DNA of 64,000 bases from an uncultured Verrucomicrobiae bacterium (GCA_963706955.1 CAVPOC010000008.1:576001-640000), one strand, 5' to 3'. Counted from the stretch's first letter, positions 19,947 to 28,443 are shown. Program-made: numbers and translations. Notes: generated by a model not told the origin, from the letters alone.

Positions 19947-21247
19947 ACTAAGACATTACTGAGGTTGGGATTGTATATCATTAACTTGAAGTTCCGGTTA
20001 TCCTTAGGGAAAGTCGCCAGCTTTGCCTGTGGCGCTCTCAAGAGCAAAGTGACATTGGCCCCCCCGATACCATGCGCATTCAGCAAAGCTGTTTCGGGAA
20101 ATGAATACCTGGCAGTTTCGCGAACGAAGTCGAGGGCTTCGGGGATGGGCACATCCAGATTAGCGGTGGGCGGCACAACTCCATCGCGAAAGGAAAAGAT
20201 CGCCGCAGCAACCTGCAATGGTCCGGCCGCAGCCAAAGGATTTCCAATGGCTCCTTTGATCGAATAAACGGGAACGTGGGCCGCCTGGCGACCGAGCGTT
20301 TCCACAAGGATTTGCGCCTCGATGCGGTCAATGACCGGATGCCCCGGACCCCACGCCGAGATCGAATCGATCGTGGCTGGGCTCCATCCAGCATTGTCTA
20401 AAGCTTTCTGGATTGAAGTGGACCATCCACTCCCGGGCACGTCCTTCTCCGTATCGAGGTGGGAACCATACCCGGCGATCTCCGCGAGAATGGAAGCCCC
20501 CCTCCTCAGGGCGGACTGCTTCTCCTCGATCAGGAAGAGACCGGCGCCTTCGGCGCATACCCCGCTGTCGGCAAAAACGTCGAATGGCCGACTGGCCTTC
20601 TCAGGGCAGGAATTCCGGATCGATGAGAATCCGCTTCTGACGAATTCGGCGAGTGGGGTCAAACCGATAGCGCAATCAGCTCCCCCGGCGATCGCCTGAT
20701 CGGTTGCACCTGTGGCGATATCGCGAGCAGCTAGCCCAATGGCTTCCAAACCGGCGGCGCAGGCCGTGGAAACGGTTAATACATCGCCCGAACTTTCCAG
20801 GTATCGCGCGATTGCCCCCGCAGCGGCATGAGGTGGACTTTGCGAAGCCGCGTACGGAGAGGCCGCCGATCCCCCTTTCTGGCTGCGTGCAATGCCTGAT
20901 TCGCTAATCATTGAGGTGCAACTCGTCGCCACCCCGAGTCTAATCGAAGGCCGCTGCCCCAACTGTTTAACCTCATCTTTGATCTGGCGCGCTGCCCACA
21001 GTAAGAGTTGTGTGTGCCGCGCGACACGCTTGGGCCTAAGTTCTGCCGGAAACAGAGAAAGGTCGAAGGGTGGCACCTCCCCCCCAAAGGAGCATCCCGA
21101 TTCCGAGGTATCCAGGCGTCTGATTTTGCCGATTACCGTCCGCCCTGTCCTAATGATCTCCCAAAACGATTCTGGCTCAAGGGCGCCTGGCGCTGCCAAT
21201 CCCATGGCGGTGATGACGGCAACACGTGGGCGAGTTATGCCATGCAT
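19943..21247 (-). CDS. FabF-like beta-ketoacyl synthase with atypical active site
   Basis: VSTACAAG catalytic Cys, SRPFD, EGAG, AEIAGYG, PPTANL, HGIGGAN. The His positions read SAWGPG and GNPLAAAG. Confidence 0.88.
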   Translation of the reverse strand: MHGITRPRVAVITAMGLAAPGALEPESFWEIIRTGRTVIGKIRRLDTSESGCSFGGEVPPFDLSLFPAELRPKRVARHTQLLLWAARQIKDEVKQLGQRPSIRLGVATSCTSMISESGIARSQKGGSAASPYAASQSPPHAAAGAIARYLESSGDVLTVSTACAAGLEAIGLAARDIATGATDQAIAGGADCAIGLTPLAEFVRSGFSSIRNSCPEKASRPFDVFADSGVCAEGAGLFLIEEKQSALRRGASILAEIAGYGSHLDTEKDVPGSGWSTSIQKALDNAGWSPATIDSISAWGPGHPVIDRIEAQILVETLGRQAAHVPVYSIKGAIGNPLAAAGPLQVAAAIFSFRDGVVPPTANLDVPIPEALDFVRETARYSFPETALLNAHGIGGANVTLLLRAPQAKLATFPKDNRNFKLMIYNPNLSNVLV

Positions 21248-22752
21248 AGTTCTGTCTCCAACAGTTTCTCCGTGCCGAGTCTCGGCTCGTTTTGCCAGAG
21301 CGGTTCATAGCGGGAAGGCGCCATGCACTCGCTCGGATCGAAGGTCCGCTGTATTCCAGAAAGAATCCGCGGCCACGGCCGCTCCATTCGCGGAATCTGA
21401 TCGCCCTGGGCCAGGCCAAGACGATACGGGATCAATCCACTCCGCAGGTAAGTCTCGAGCAAGTCGTCAGCCGCTTGCCGAGCGATCCTAGTTGCTCGGG
21501 CGCAACGACGGTCAAACCCGAGCGAGACGATGAAGGCAGCCTGGCGCGCAGTTACCGCGTTGATGGAAAGCGGAATTGTCTCATAGCCATATCGCCGGAG
21601 CGTTGTCATCGTTTGCCTTTCGATAGCGCTGACCATCTCCCCACAAAGCGGTAACATCGGCGTAACGTGGATGAGACCGGCGCCACTCGCCTCCAAAGAC
21701 ACCCCCGTCGGAGCGGCGCGTCCAAAGACACTGAAAGATACGCTCGCCAGCGTCAGATCTGAAGGGTGACCAAACACCAAATTACTTAGCTTCACCCTTT
21801 CTTGATTGCTTAGAACCTCGACCGACCCCAGCGACGCCAAAGAAGAGGTTAGGTATTCCGCCGAAGCGGCAAACACCGCTGTCGATCCACGTATCGGAAT
21901 AAGCGCCGTCCACGGCGCGGCGCTCGAGCGAAGCTCAGCTGCTTGAGTATCCGTCAGGTGCGGGCACAGCGTCGTAACAATCCGCTCTCGATTGAAAATA
22001 TGAGGCACGCCAGAACAGGCTCCCTCCGCCATCAAATCGGAAATGGTTGAAATTAGATCGGCGAGTTGATCGCCGCTGCTCAGCCGGCAGAGCACTCCTC
22101 CCATCATTGTCGGACGTCGGTGAAGCGCGATGGTCGCCGCAGTGACCACGCCGAAGTTGCTTTGACAGAAGAGCGCCGTCGGGTCCGGACCCAATCCACT
22201 AAGACCCGCTCTGGTGCGCGACAACATCCCGAATCGGGACGTGTGGGCGAGCTCGCCAGTCGGCAAGACAACCTCCAAGTCCAACAAATCAAGGTGGCGC
22301 TGGCCGGAGTAGCCAATCCCCCGCTCTAAGGCGTTACCCAGAACACTCGCCCCAAGCCCGGCCCCTGTGACATTGAAATAGTGACTGCCCCCTTCGTGCT
22401 CGAGGGCATCGTCTAGCTGGCCCTGTGTAACGCCGGGTTCAATCTCCGCACAATGCATCTTCAAATTGAAAGCCCGGATCCTTCGAAGCGCCGACAAGTT
22501 CAAAGTGTAGACATCGTCTGTCGTCGCGAGATCGGAACCGAAGCCCCAATTTCGACCGCATGAAAGTGGTTGCAATTTGACGGCGCCTCTGGCCCGTGAG
22601 GCCGCTGCGACAATACGCTGCACATCGGCCACACACTGCGGAGTCAGCACGCCGGCACTATGGCGGCGATGTCCACATAAAGACTCCGCCATCGCCCCCG
22701 GAGCTAACCAGCGACTCACTTCATCTGCAAAAACCTTCTTCGAACTACGCAT
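21235..22752 (-). CDS. FAD-binding oxidoreductase, VAO/PCMH (p-cresol methylhydroxylase flavoprotein-like) family
   Basis: PLSCGRNWGFGS, IEPGVTQGQL, SVLGNALERGIGY, LEVVLPTGE, GPDPTALFCQSNFGVVT, PYRLG...FDP...APSRY. Confidence 0.88.
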   Translation of the reverse strand: MRSSKKVFADEVSRWLAPGAMAESLCGHRRHSAGVLTPQCVADVQRIVAAASRARGAVKLQPLSCGRNWGFGSDLATTDDVYTLNLSALRRIRAFNLKMHCAEIEPGVTQGQLDDALEHEGGSHYFNVTGAGLGASVLGNALERGIGYSGQRHLDLLDLEVVLPTGELAHTSRFGMLSRTRAGLSGLGPDPTALFCQSNFGVVTAATIALHRRPTMMGGVLCRLSSGDQLADLISTISDLMAEGACSGVPHIFNRERIVTTLCPHLTDTQAAELRSSAAPWTALIPIRGSTAVFAASAEYLTSSLASLGSVEVLSNQERVKLSNLVFGHPSDLTLASVSFSVFGRAAPTGVSLEASGAGLIHVTPMLPLCGEMVSAIERQTMTTLRRYGYETIPLSINAVTARQAAFIVSLGFDRRCARATRIARQAADDLLETYLRSGLIPYRLGLAQGDQIPRMERPWPRILSGIQRTFDPSECMAPSRYEPLWQNEPRLGTEKLLETELCMA

Positions 22753-23006
22753 ATCTCTTTAGGTAATCTCTTCACTCGTTTTCGCCCGCGTCGGGAAGGC
22801 AGCCTTCGACAGTTGCGAATCACACCGACAAGACCGTTCACCGCGGGGGGCTAAGACGAGTCAATCTGATTAGAATTTCGCCCTTCTAAGGCTCAGTTTG
22901 CAGGTGCGTCACCGCTAATTTTCTGTAGCGTGCCTTGTCGTTTTGTTTCCTTTGATGCACAAATAGGGCACATTTGTATCACAAACATGTTATCTGCAAT
23001 ACACCT

Positions 23007-23627
23007 ATGACAAGTGAGTTACACGGAGAGAGTCTCGGACGCTGGGCTCGGCGTTGTGGAATTACATATCGGACCGCGTGGCGTTGGTTTCGCGACGACA
23101 AATTGCCGGAAGACGTGATTGCCGAGCGGATGCCCACCGGAACGATCCTGATCCGTGACGGCCGAACTCTAAGGAGTGTGGAGCAAGATAAGACCGCGGT
23201 AATTTATGCACGGATTAATGCTCGCCAGGAACCCTCGGTGTTGGCGGAGCAGATCGCTATGTGTCAGGACTTCTGTGTGGCGCGAGGATGGACGATCACC
23301 CGGGTGATTCGGGAGATTGCCCCCGGAGTTGGACTTCAACGAACAAAGTTGACGCGGCTCATTGAGCAGCGGGCGCCAAGAGTCGTCGTGGCGAAACCAA
23401 GTGTCTTGAGCCGCTTTGACTATCGGCTCTGTGAGGCTCTCTGGCAGAACCTTGCCTCAGAGCTTGTGATTGTGAACCAAGCCGAGGAGATCGGTGGGGA
23501 GGGTGGCGCGCTCGAAGATTTGACCGACGCAATAAACATTATTTGTCATCGTCACTATGGACCGAAACGCGGCGGCGCGCTGGTCGAGCTGCTCAGCCGA
23601 GTCATTCACGGAACGCTCTCTGTTTAA
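23007..23627 (+). CDS. IS607 TnpA-like serine recombinase homolog, predicted catalytically inactive, no tnpB
   Basis: N-terminal MerR-like HTH (WARRCGITYRTAWRWF...PTGTILI) and resolvase-like domain, but YARINA replaces YARVSS and SVLSRF replaces DRLxRF. C-terminal ICHRHYG matches FxARLYG. Confidence 0.8.
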   Translation: MTSELHGESLGRWARRCGITYRTAWRWFRDDKLPEDVIAERMPTGTILIRDGRTLRSVEQDKTAVIYARINARQEPSVLAEQIAMCQDFCVARGWTITRVIREIAPGVGLQRTKLTRLIEQRAPRVVVAKPSVLSRFDYRLCEALWQNLASELVIVNQAEEIGGEGGALEDLTDAINIICHRHYGPKRGGALVELLSRVIHGTLSV

Positions 23628-23644
23628 TTCTTGCGTCGGCGGTC

Positions 23645-24808
23645 TCAAACAAGCCGCGCAAAAGCAGCAATCAACTCGTGGCGGGTCTTAAATCCCAACT
23701 TCTTATAAATGGAACTCAATTGGTTCCGCACGGTGATTTCGCTTTTCCCCAGTCTCTGGGCAATATCCCGATTGTGCAGACCTTGGGCGGCAAGCAGCGC
23801 GCAATCCCGTTCGCGTCGGGTCAACTGATTGAGCTTATCGGCAAGATTTGTCTCTTTCTTGGAAAGACGTTCTTCGTTGAGCGTCAGCAAAAAAGTTCCC
23901 TTCGATAACGATAGCGATCGTGAGGGCAAGAACTCGATGGAAGCGCTCAAGGCGGCATTCGTAGGATGTCGATAGCGAAACTGTATAGATCTGCGGCCGC
24001 CGGGAGTATGGCTCCATTTTTGCCGCATGATGTTCGGGCGCATTCGTTCGAGTTCGGCTAAGATGTCGCCGGGGACTTGAAGTCTTCGAGGAGCTTTGAA
24101 GATCGACGGGCTGCTCCCGTTCTTCCATTGAAAGCAAAGTTGGCTGGCAATGGCGTTGTTGTGCAAGACCTTTAGATTCCAATCGAGGATGATTGTCGCG
24201 GAAGGAAGCGAAGAGACAAAGTAGCGCAGAGACGATTGAAAGAGGCGGCTCTCTTGATGCCCGGCCATTCTGCGAATCACGCAAGCAAAGTGAGGCTGGA
24301 GGGCCTGCAGTTCCTGCATTTGCTCGTCCGTAAAGTTTCCCTGTTCTTTACTGCGCATCACTGTAAGTGTCGCCAGCCAAGTGGTGTCGCGCCAGGCGAC
24401 CACCGAAGCGCCAAACTCGCATTCACTCGGCAGGAGGAGCTTCTTATAGAAGATCGACCGGTGGAGCATGTTTTGCGGCGTGAAATCGGAGTGTCGCACC
24501 ACGGTGACTTGGGGGTTTACTGGACTTCGCCGCAACCAAATATCGTGCTTGTGGGTTTCGGCCATGTACTCGTCCACGAGCGGCTTCCACTTCAAAGGAA
24601 AAAAACGACACGGGAGTTCAAACTCCAACGGACGAAACAGCAAGATCAAAAAACGGTTAGGAATGCAGACGTCGACAAGCTCGAACGTTGCTTTGGCAAG
24701 CTTCGCACCATCATCGACTTCGTGGAGTCGAACTAAAAGCTCCTCCGCCGCACGATTGGTATGAAACGGAAGAAACGACACCTTTTGGTTCGTTTGCACC
24801 ATAGCCAT
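23645..24808 (-). CDS. Solo LuxR-family transcriptional regulator with N-terminal GAF-like ligand-binding region
   Basis: C-terminal LTRRERDCALLAAQGLHNRDIAQRLGKSEITVRNQLSSIYKKLG HTH; no receiver domain. Confidence 0.88.
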   Translation of the reverse strand: MAMVQTNQKVSFLPFHTNRAAEELLVRLHEVDDGAKLAKATFELVDVCIPNRFLILLFRPLEFELPCRFFPLKWKPLVDEYMAETHKHDIWLRRSPVNPQVTVVRHSDFTPQNMLHRSIFYKKLLLPSECEFGASVVAWRDTTWLATLTVMRSKEQGNFTDEQMQELQALQPHFACVIRRMAGHQESRLFQSSLRYFVSSLPSATIILDWNLKVLHNNAIASQLCFQWKNGSSPSIFKAPRRLQVPGDILAELERMRPNIMRQKWSHTPGGRRSIQFRYRHPTNAALSASIEFLPSRSLSLSKGTFLLTLNEERLSKKETNLADKLNQLTRRERDCALLAAQGLHNRDIAQRLGKSEITVRNQLSSIYKKLGFKTRHELIAAFARLV

Positions 24809-25129
24809 CGTTCAATCTTCCTTTAGCATTCAACCTTAGCAGCGACAAGTGTTACATCTTGAGCCATGAGGGTGGCACCGAAGTGCCGGCGCCGCCAAGG
24901 GGTTGGCTTGCCGCCTTGCCAGCTGGAGAATTCGACGCCGCTCGACTAAGAGGAAAGCTCGAACCGGGGGAGACTCGGGCAAAGGAAGTGTGCAGCATTT
25001 GGTTCAAATGCACTATAGTCGGTGTCGCGGCGGTTGTTCTACTGTCATCGAAAAGGAACTCAACGATCGAATCGTGCCGCCTCGGAGACAAGAAAGATGT
25101 GGAAGCTTTTGGTTCATTTGCACCATAGC
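24782..25129. repeat. Three copies of a 24-bp motif with a pseudo-palindromic core (putative operator boxes) at 24782-24805, 24996-25019 and 25106-25129
   Basis: CTTTTGGTTCGTTTGCACCATAGC / CATTTGGTTCAAATGCACTATAGT / CTTTTGGTTCATTTGCACCATAGC. Confidence 0.8.
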
Positions 25130-25290
25130 AGAATCGCCAGACTTCTCCATACTGGGACTTGAAATTCTTCTCGTCGTAGCCCGCGAAAGACCAGGAAGAG
25201 CGGGTGGAGAATTTAAGTAGCCCGATCGGAGTAGAGGCCGATGCGGATAGCGTTTCGGGATTGGGACCCAACAAGAAAGGACACGCCCCC

Positions 25291-25602
25291 ATGTGGAAAG
25301 TCGTAGTAACAGAGATTCAGGACGCAAGCGCCCTGGAGCCCTTCGATGTGCCGGCTGGGGCTTTTTTTGTCAGCAAGGAACGACTTGCGCGGACCGTGGA
25401 GAATCTCGATCTGCCGGGGTTGATCGACGCCCTCGAGGCCATGCAATACGCGAGGGAAGCCCGGCCCGTTTCGAGCGAAGGAACTCCGCCGAGACGGAAT
25501 TCGTTGCGGGCGAACGCGGGCTCTGAAATCCACCGCGTGAACCGACTGCGGTCGCAACCGATAGCAGTGGCAACTCAATTTGTTTCGAAAAACGGTCCAT
25601 GA
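25291..25602 (+). CDS. Small hypothetical protein (103 aa)
   Basis: AGAAAGGA RBS before ATG 25291; stop overlaps the LytTR start (ATGA). Confidence 0.5.
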   Translation: MWKVVVTEIQDASALEPFDVPAGAFFVSKERLARTVENLDLPGLIDALEAMQYAREARPVSSEGTPPRRNSLRANAGSEIHRVNRLRSQPIAVATQFVSKNGP

Positions 25603-26093
25603 TATTCAACCATCTCCAGAAGCGGCTTCCCGGGCCGCCATCTACCATTCACCTCCAAGGGCTTACCAACGGCACCCATCGTCAACCTTCCTCGGCTTCG
25701 GATGACGAGCTGCAAAGCCTCGAGGGCGAAGAGATTGCTCAGCGCAACGGTGGGATCTTTCAAGATAACGACTTCGTTTTCGTCAGTGACAACGTGAACT
25801 GCTGGGTGGTGCGGGCTGCGGATATCTCGGTGCTCGAAGCGTGCGGAAACTACACGCGCGTCTACTTCAACGACTCCTCGGCCTTGATTCGCCGTCCCCT
25901 CCGGGAGTGTGAGTGTCGGTTGGATCCCTCCACGTTTTTTCGGACCCGGCGCGATTGTGTGGTCAATCTCAGCCGCGTGAAGCAAATGCGGATGCTCGAC
26001 GCCAAGCGCTTCCTTTTTGTTCTGCTGGACGGCAAGGAGGTGCCAATGTCGCGAAAGCAGAGCCTCATTTTCCGAAAGACAAAGGCCCTCTAA
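25599..26093 (+). CDS. Stand-alone LytTR DNA-binding domain protein
   Basis: DISVLEACGNYTRVY, LRECECRLDPSTFFRTRRDCVVNL, VPMSRKQS; no receiver domain. Confidence 0.88.
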   Translation: MIFNHLQKRLPGPPSTIHLQGLTNGTHRQPSSASDDELQSLEGEEIAQRNGGIFQDNDFVFVSDNVNCWVVRAADISVLEACGNYTRVYFNDSSALIRRPLRECECRLDPSTFFRTRRDCVVNLSRVKQMRMLDAKRFLFVLLDGKEVPMSRKQSLIFRKTKAL

Positions 26094-26216
26094 GCCAAAA
26101 GTCTTGCCCGAAACCGCCGATCGGCGCTTGGGTGCGGACACTCGCTGACCGCCATTTTGGAACAGGATTTTTGACGAGGTGCGTGGCCAGTGTCGCCCTT
26201 CAGGGAGTGGGCAGAA

Positions 26217-26816
26217 TCAACACCAGCCGCCCCACGCACGGAGCTGGTTAAGGGCTCGCCCGCGATGGCTGAGGCGGTTCTTGGTCGCGACGGGAAGCTC
26301 GCCGAACGTCTGTGAAAAACCATCTGGCATAAAGAGTGGATCATACCCGAATCCCTCCACGCCGCGCACGCATGAGGCGATTAGTCCCTCGACGATACCG
26401 CTGAACGCCGCCAGTTTACGGCCGGCGCGCGCAAGAACGATGACGCAGCGGAATCGTGCTCGTCGCTCCTGTTCAGGAACCTTCTTCAGGTTTTTCAGGA
26501 GCAAGGTGTTATTTTCAGAATCGCTGGCAGCGTCTCCAGCGTATCGGGCGGAGTAGATCCCGGGAGCGCCTCCCAAGGCGTCGACCTCCAGACCGGAATC
26601 GTCAGCGATGACCCATCCCTCGAAAAGCTGTGACGCAGCTACAGCTTTGAGCTCGGCATTTTCCTCGAAGCTGGTTCCAGTCTCCTCCACTTCATGCATG
26701 GTCGGCAGGATAGACAAGTCCGACACCTCGAACGGGTCTCCGAGGATGGTCCGAATCTCGCGGAGCTTGTGCGGGTTTCGCGTGGAGACAAGCAAGGGAA
26801 TTGGCGATGTGCACAT
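26217..26816 (-). CDS. rdgB: Non-canonical purine NTP pyrophosphatase (RdgB/HAM1)
   Basis: STRNPHKLREI, ENAELKA, ADDSGLEVDALGGAPGIYSARY, GFGYDPLF, KNRLSHRGRA. Confidence 0.95.
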   Translation of the reverse strand: MCTSPIPLLVSTRNPHKLREIRTILGDPFEVSDLSILPTMHEVEETGTSFEENAELKAVAASQLFEGWVIADDSGLEVDALGGAPGIYSARYAGDAASDSENNTLLLKNLKKVPEQERRARFRCVIVLARAGRKLAAFSGIVEGLIASCVRGVEGFGYDPLFMPDGFSQTFGELPVATKNRLSHRGRALNQLRAWGGWC

Positions 26817-26899
26817 CTTCCCTCTGTTGCGCTGGAAATGAGTCGCCGGCAAGAAATTGATTTCGCTTGGCCCGCATTGCTTCCAAAGTAGGCTTGAAC

Positions 26900-27439
26900 A
26901 TGGATCGGCTCTTCAAACGCGCACGACAACTGGCAAGACCGATGTTGGCGTGGTTGCGGGCTTGGCCTTGGTTCGTGGCCAGCATCGTTCTTGGATTTTG
27001 GATCGAGGAGAACTTTCCATTTTCGCATTGGCCGATGTATTCAAATTTCTCGAGAGAGTCGGGTTACGTGTATGTGATCAATGCCGCCGGGGAACCGATC
27101 GCCGCGGCGACACTGTTGGAAACTGCGCCGAGGCTCCGACGCCAGTTTGAGCGAGAGCGGCGGACGGAGCTCAATCGTGTGAAAACTGGCCAGGCGGTCA
27201 AAACGCCCGCCGAGATCGAGCGCGATGCCGCAATGCATCTCTTGAAACGGCTCGCACAGCGATTGTCTCCCGATGAGCGAAAGTCCGCAAACGGGCTGGG
27301 ACTGGTCAGCGCACGGCTGAGAATGGACGACAATCGCAAGATCACCGTAACGGAGCAGACCGTGGCGACAATTGAGTTTGAAGGCATACCTTACACCCCG
27401 ACCTCCGCCGGCGACGACCTCCTCAAGGAAGCCCTCTAA
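26900..27439 (+). CDS. Hypothetical membrane-anchored protein
   Basis: N-terminal hydrophobic segment followed by ENFPFSHWPMYS; 11 bp upstream of the HTTM-like gene. Confidence 0.6.
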   Translation: MDRLFKRARQLARPMLAWLRAWPWFVASIVLGFWIEENFPFSHWPMYSNFSRESGYVYVINAAGEPIAAATLLETAPRLRRQFERERRTELNRVKTGQAVKTPAEIERDAAMHLLKRLAQRLSPDERKSANGLGLVSARLRMDDNRKITVTEQTVATIEFEGIPYTPTSAGDDLLKEAL

Positions 27440-27450
27440 CCAAGCAGGCT

Positions 27451-28377
27451 ATGGACAAACGTGCTCTCACCGACATCGTTCCTCGGATAGATTTCGCCTG
27501 GTGGGAAACGGCCATCATGCGGGCAGGATTTGCCATCCTCCTCCTGACTCGCTTTCCCTCTCTTGGTTCTCTTCCGGCCCCCGGGGCCGAGCTTCGTTTT
27601 CCAAACGGCTTGGCCAAGTGGATCGATTTGACCTGGGCTCTCGACCCCGGGCCATACTCGTTCATTGTGATCCTTCTGAATGCTGCCGCAGCCCTCTACA
27701 TCACCGGTCTCGCCTTTCCGCTCTCCTCCACGGTGTTGTTCCTCTGCTACTTGGTGACGGGAACATTGCAGAACTCGCTGGGCTCCATCAGCCACTACTA
27801 TCAAGTAATGACACTGATGCTGCTCGGACAGGCGATCGCCGCCTGGCTGTGGGCCGCGCTGGGGCCAGACCGGCTCGAGGCTTGGACACGTTCCCCGGCC
27901 TCCTTGCACTCTTTCACGACCCGGGTGACTCTCCAGGTTCTCGCAGGTAATTACGTTCTCTGCGCTCTTACCAAGCTCATCCAGAGCGACGGCGCCTGGA
28001 TTTGGAATAGCCAGTATATGCCCGTGCAATATGCGAAGATTCAGGCCCAGCACTACTATACGACCTTACAGAATCGAGACCTCGGGTTGGGAGGGACGCT
28101 CAATGACCTCTGCACCCAACATGCCTGGCTGTGCATGCTCGTTTACGCGCCCGGATTGATCGGGGAACTGCTCACCTTTCTGATGCTTTTCGGCCGAGTC
28201 TGGCTGCTGCTCGTCGGCCTTGCGGTCATTGCGATGCACGCACTCGTCGAAATCACCATGAACCTCGCTTTTCCTCAGCACCAGTGGATCTTCCTTATCT
28301 ACGCCGTCAATCTTCCGTTCTGGATCGTCAGAGGAATGCAGAGCCGTCCCGTCGGACTGCGCCGACATCCCGCCTAA
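27451..28377 (+). CDS. HTTM-like multi-pass membrane protein
   Basis: Several TM helices; SLGSISHYYQ, NYVLCALTKL...W, MHALVEITMNLAF resemble HTTM-domain motifs. Confidence 0.6.
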   Translation: MDKRALTDIVPRIDFAWWETAIMRAGFAILLLTRFPSLGSLPAPGAELRFPNGLAKWIDLTWALDPGPYSFIVILLNAAAALYITGLAFPLSSTVLFLCYLVTGTLQNSLGSISHYYQVMTLMLLGQAIAAWLWAALGPDRLEAWTRSPASLHSFTTRVTLQVLAGNYVLCALTKLIQSDGAWIWNSQYMPVQYAKIQAQHYYTTLQNRDLGLGGTLNDLCTQHAWLCMLVYAPGLIGELLTFLMLFGRVWLLLVGLAVIAMHALVEITMNLAFPQHQWIFLIYAVNLPFWIVRGMQSRPVGLRRHPA

Positions 28378-28443
28378 GATAAGAGTAAACCATACGGGAT
28401 CTTGACTGCCAGCCTAAGCCGTCATGTCCTGTATCGCCCGGCC

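Noticed and set aside
22974..23627. Active IS607 element or TnpB/OMEGA system
   Set aside because: No tnpB ORF or space for an omega-RNA, and the recombinase catalytic residues are replaced.
24782..25129. The 24-bp repeats as a CRISPR array
   Set aside because: Only three copies, with unequal gaps of about 190 and 86 bp and no cas genes. They fit operator boxes better.
17863..26216. Classical tRNA-integrated genomic island or prophage
   Set aside because: The cluster lies on the 5' side of tRNA-Leu. I saw no duplicated tRNA 3' end, integrase or phage genes.
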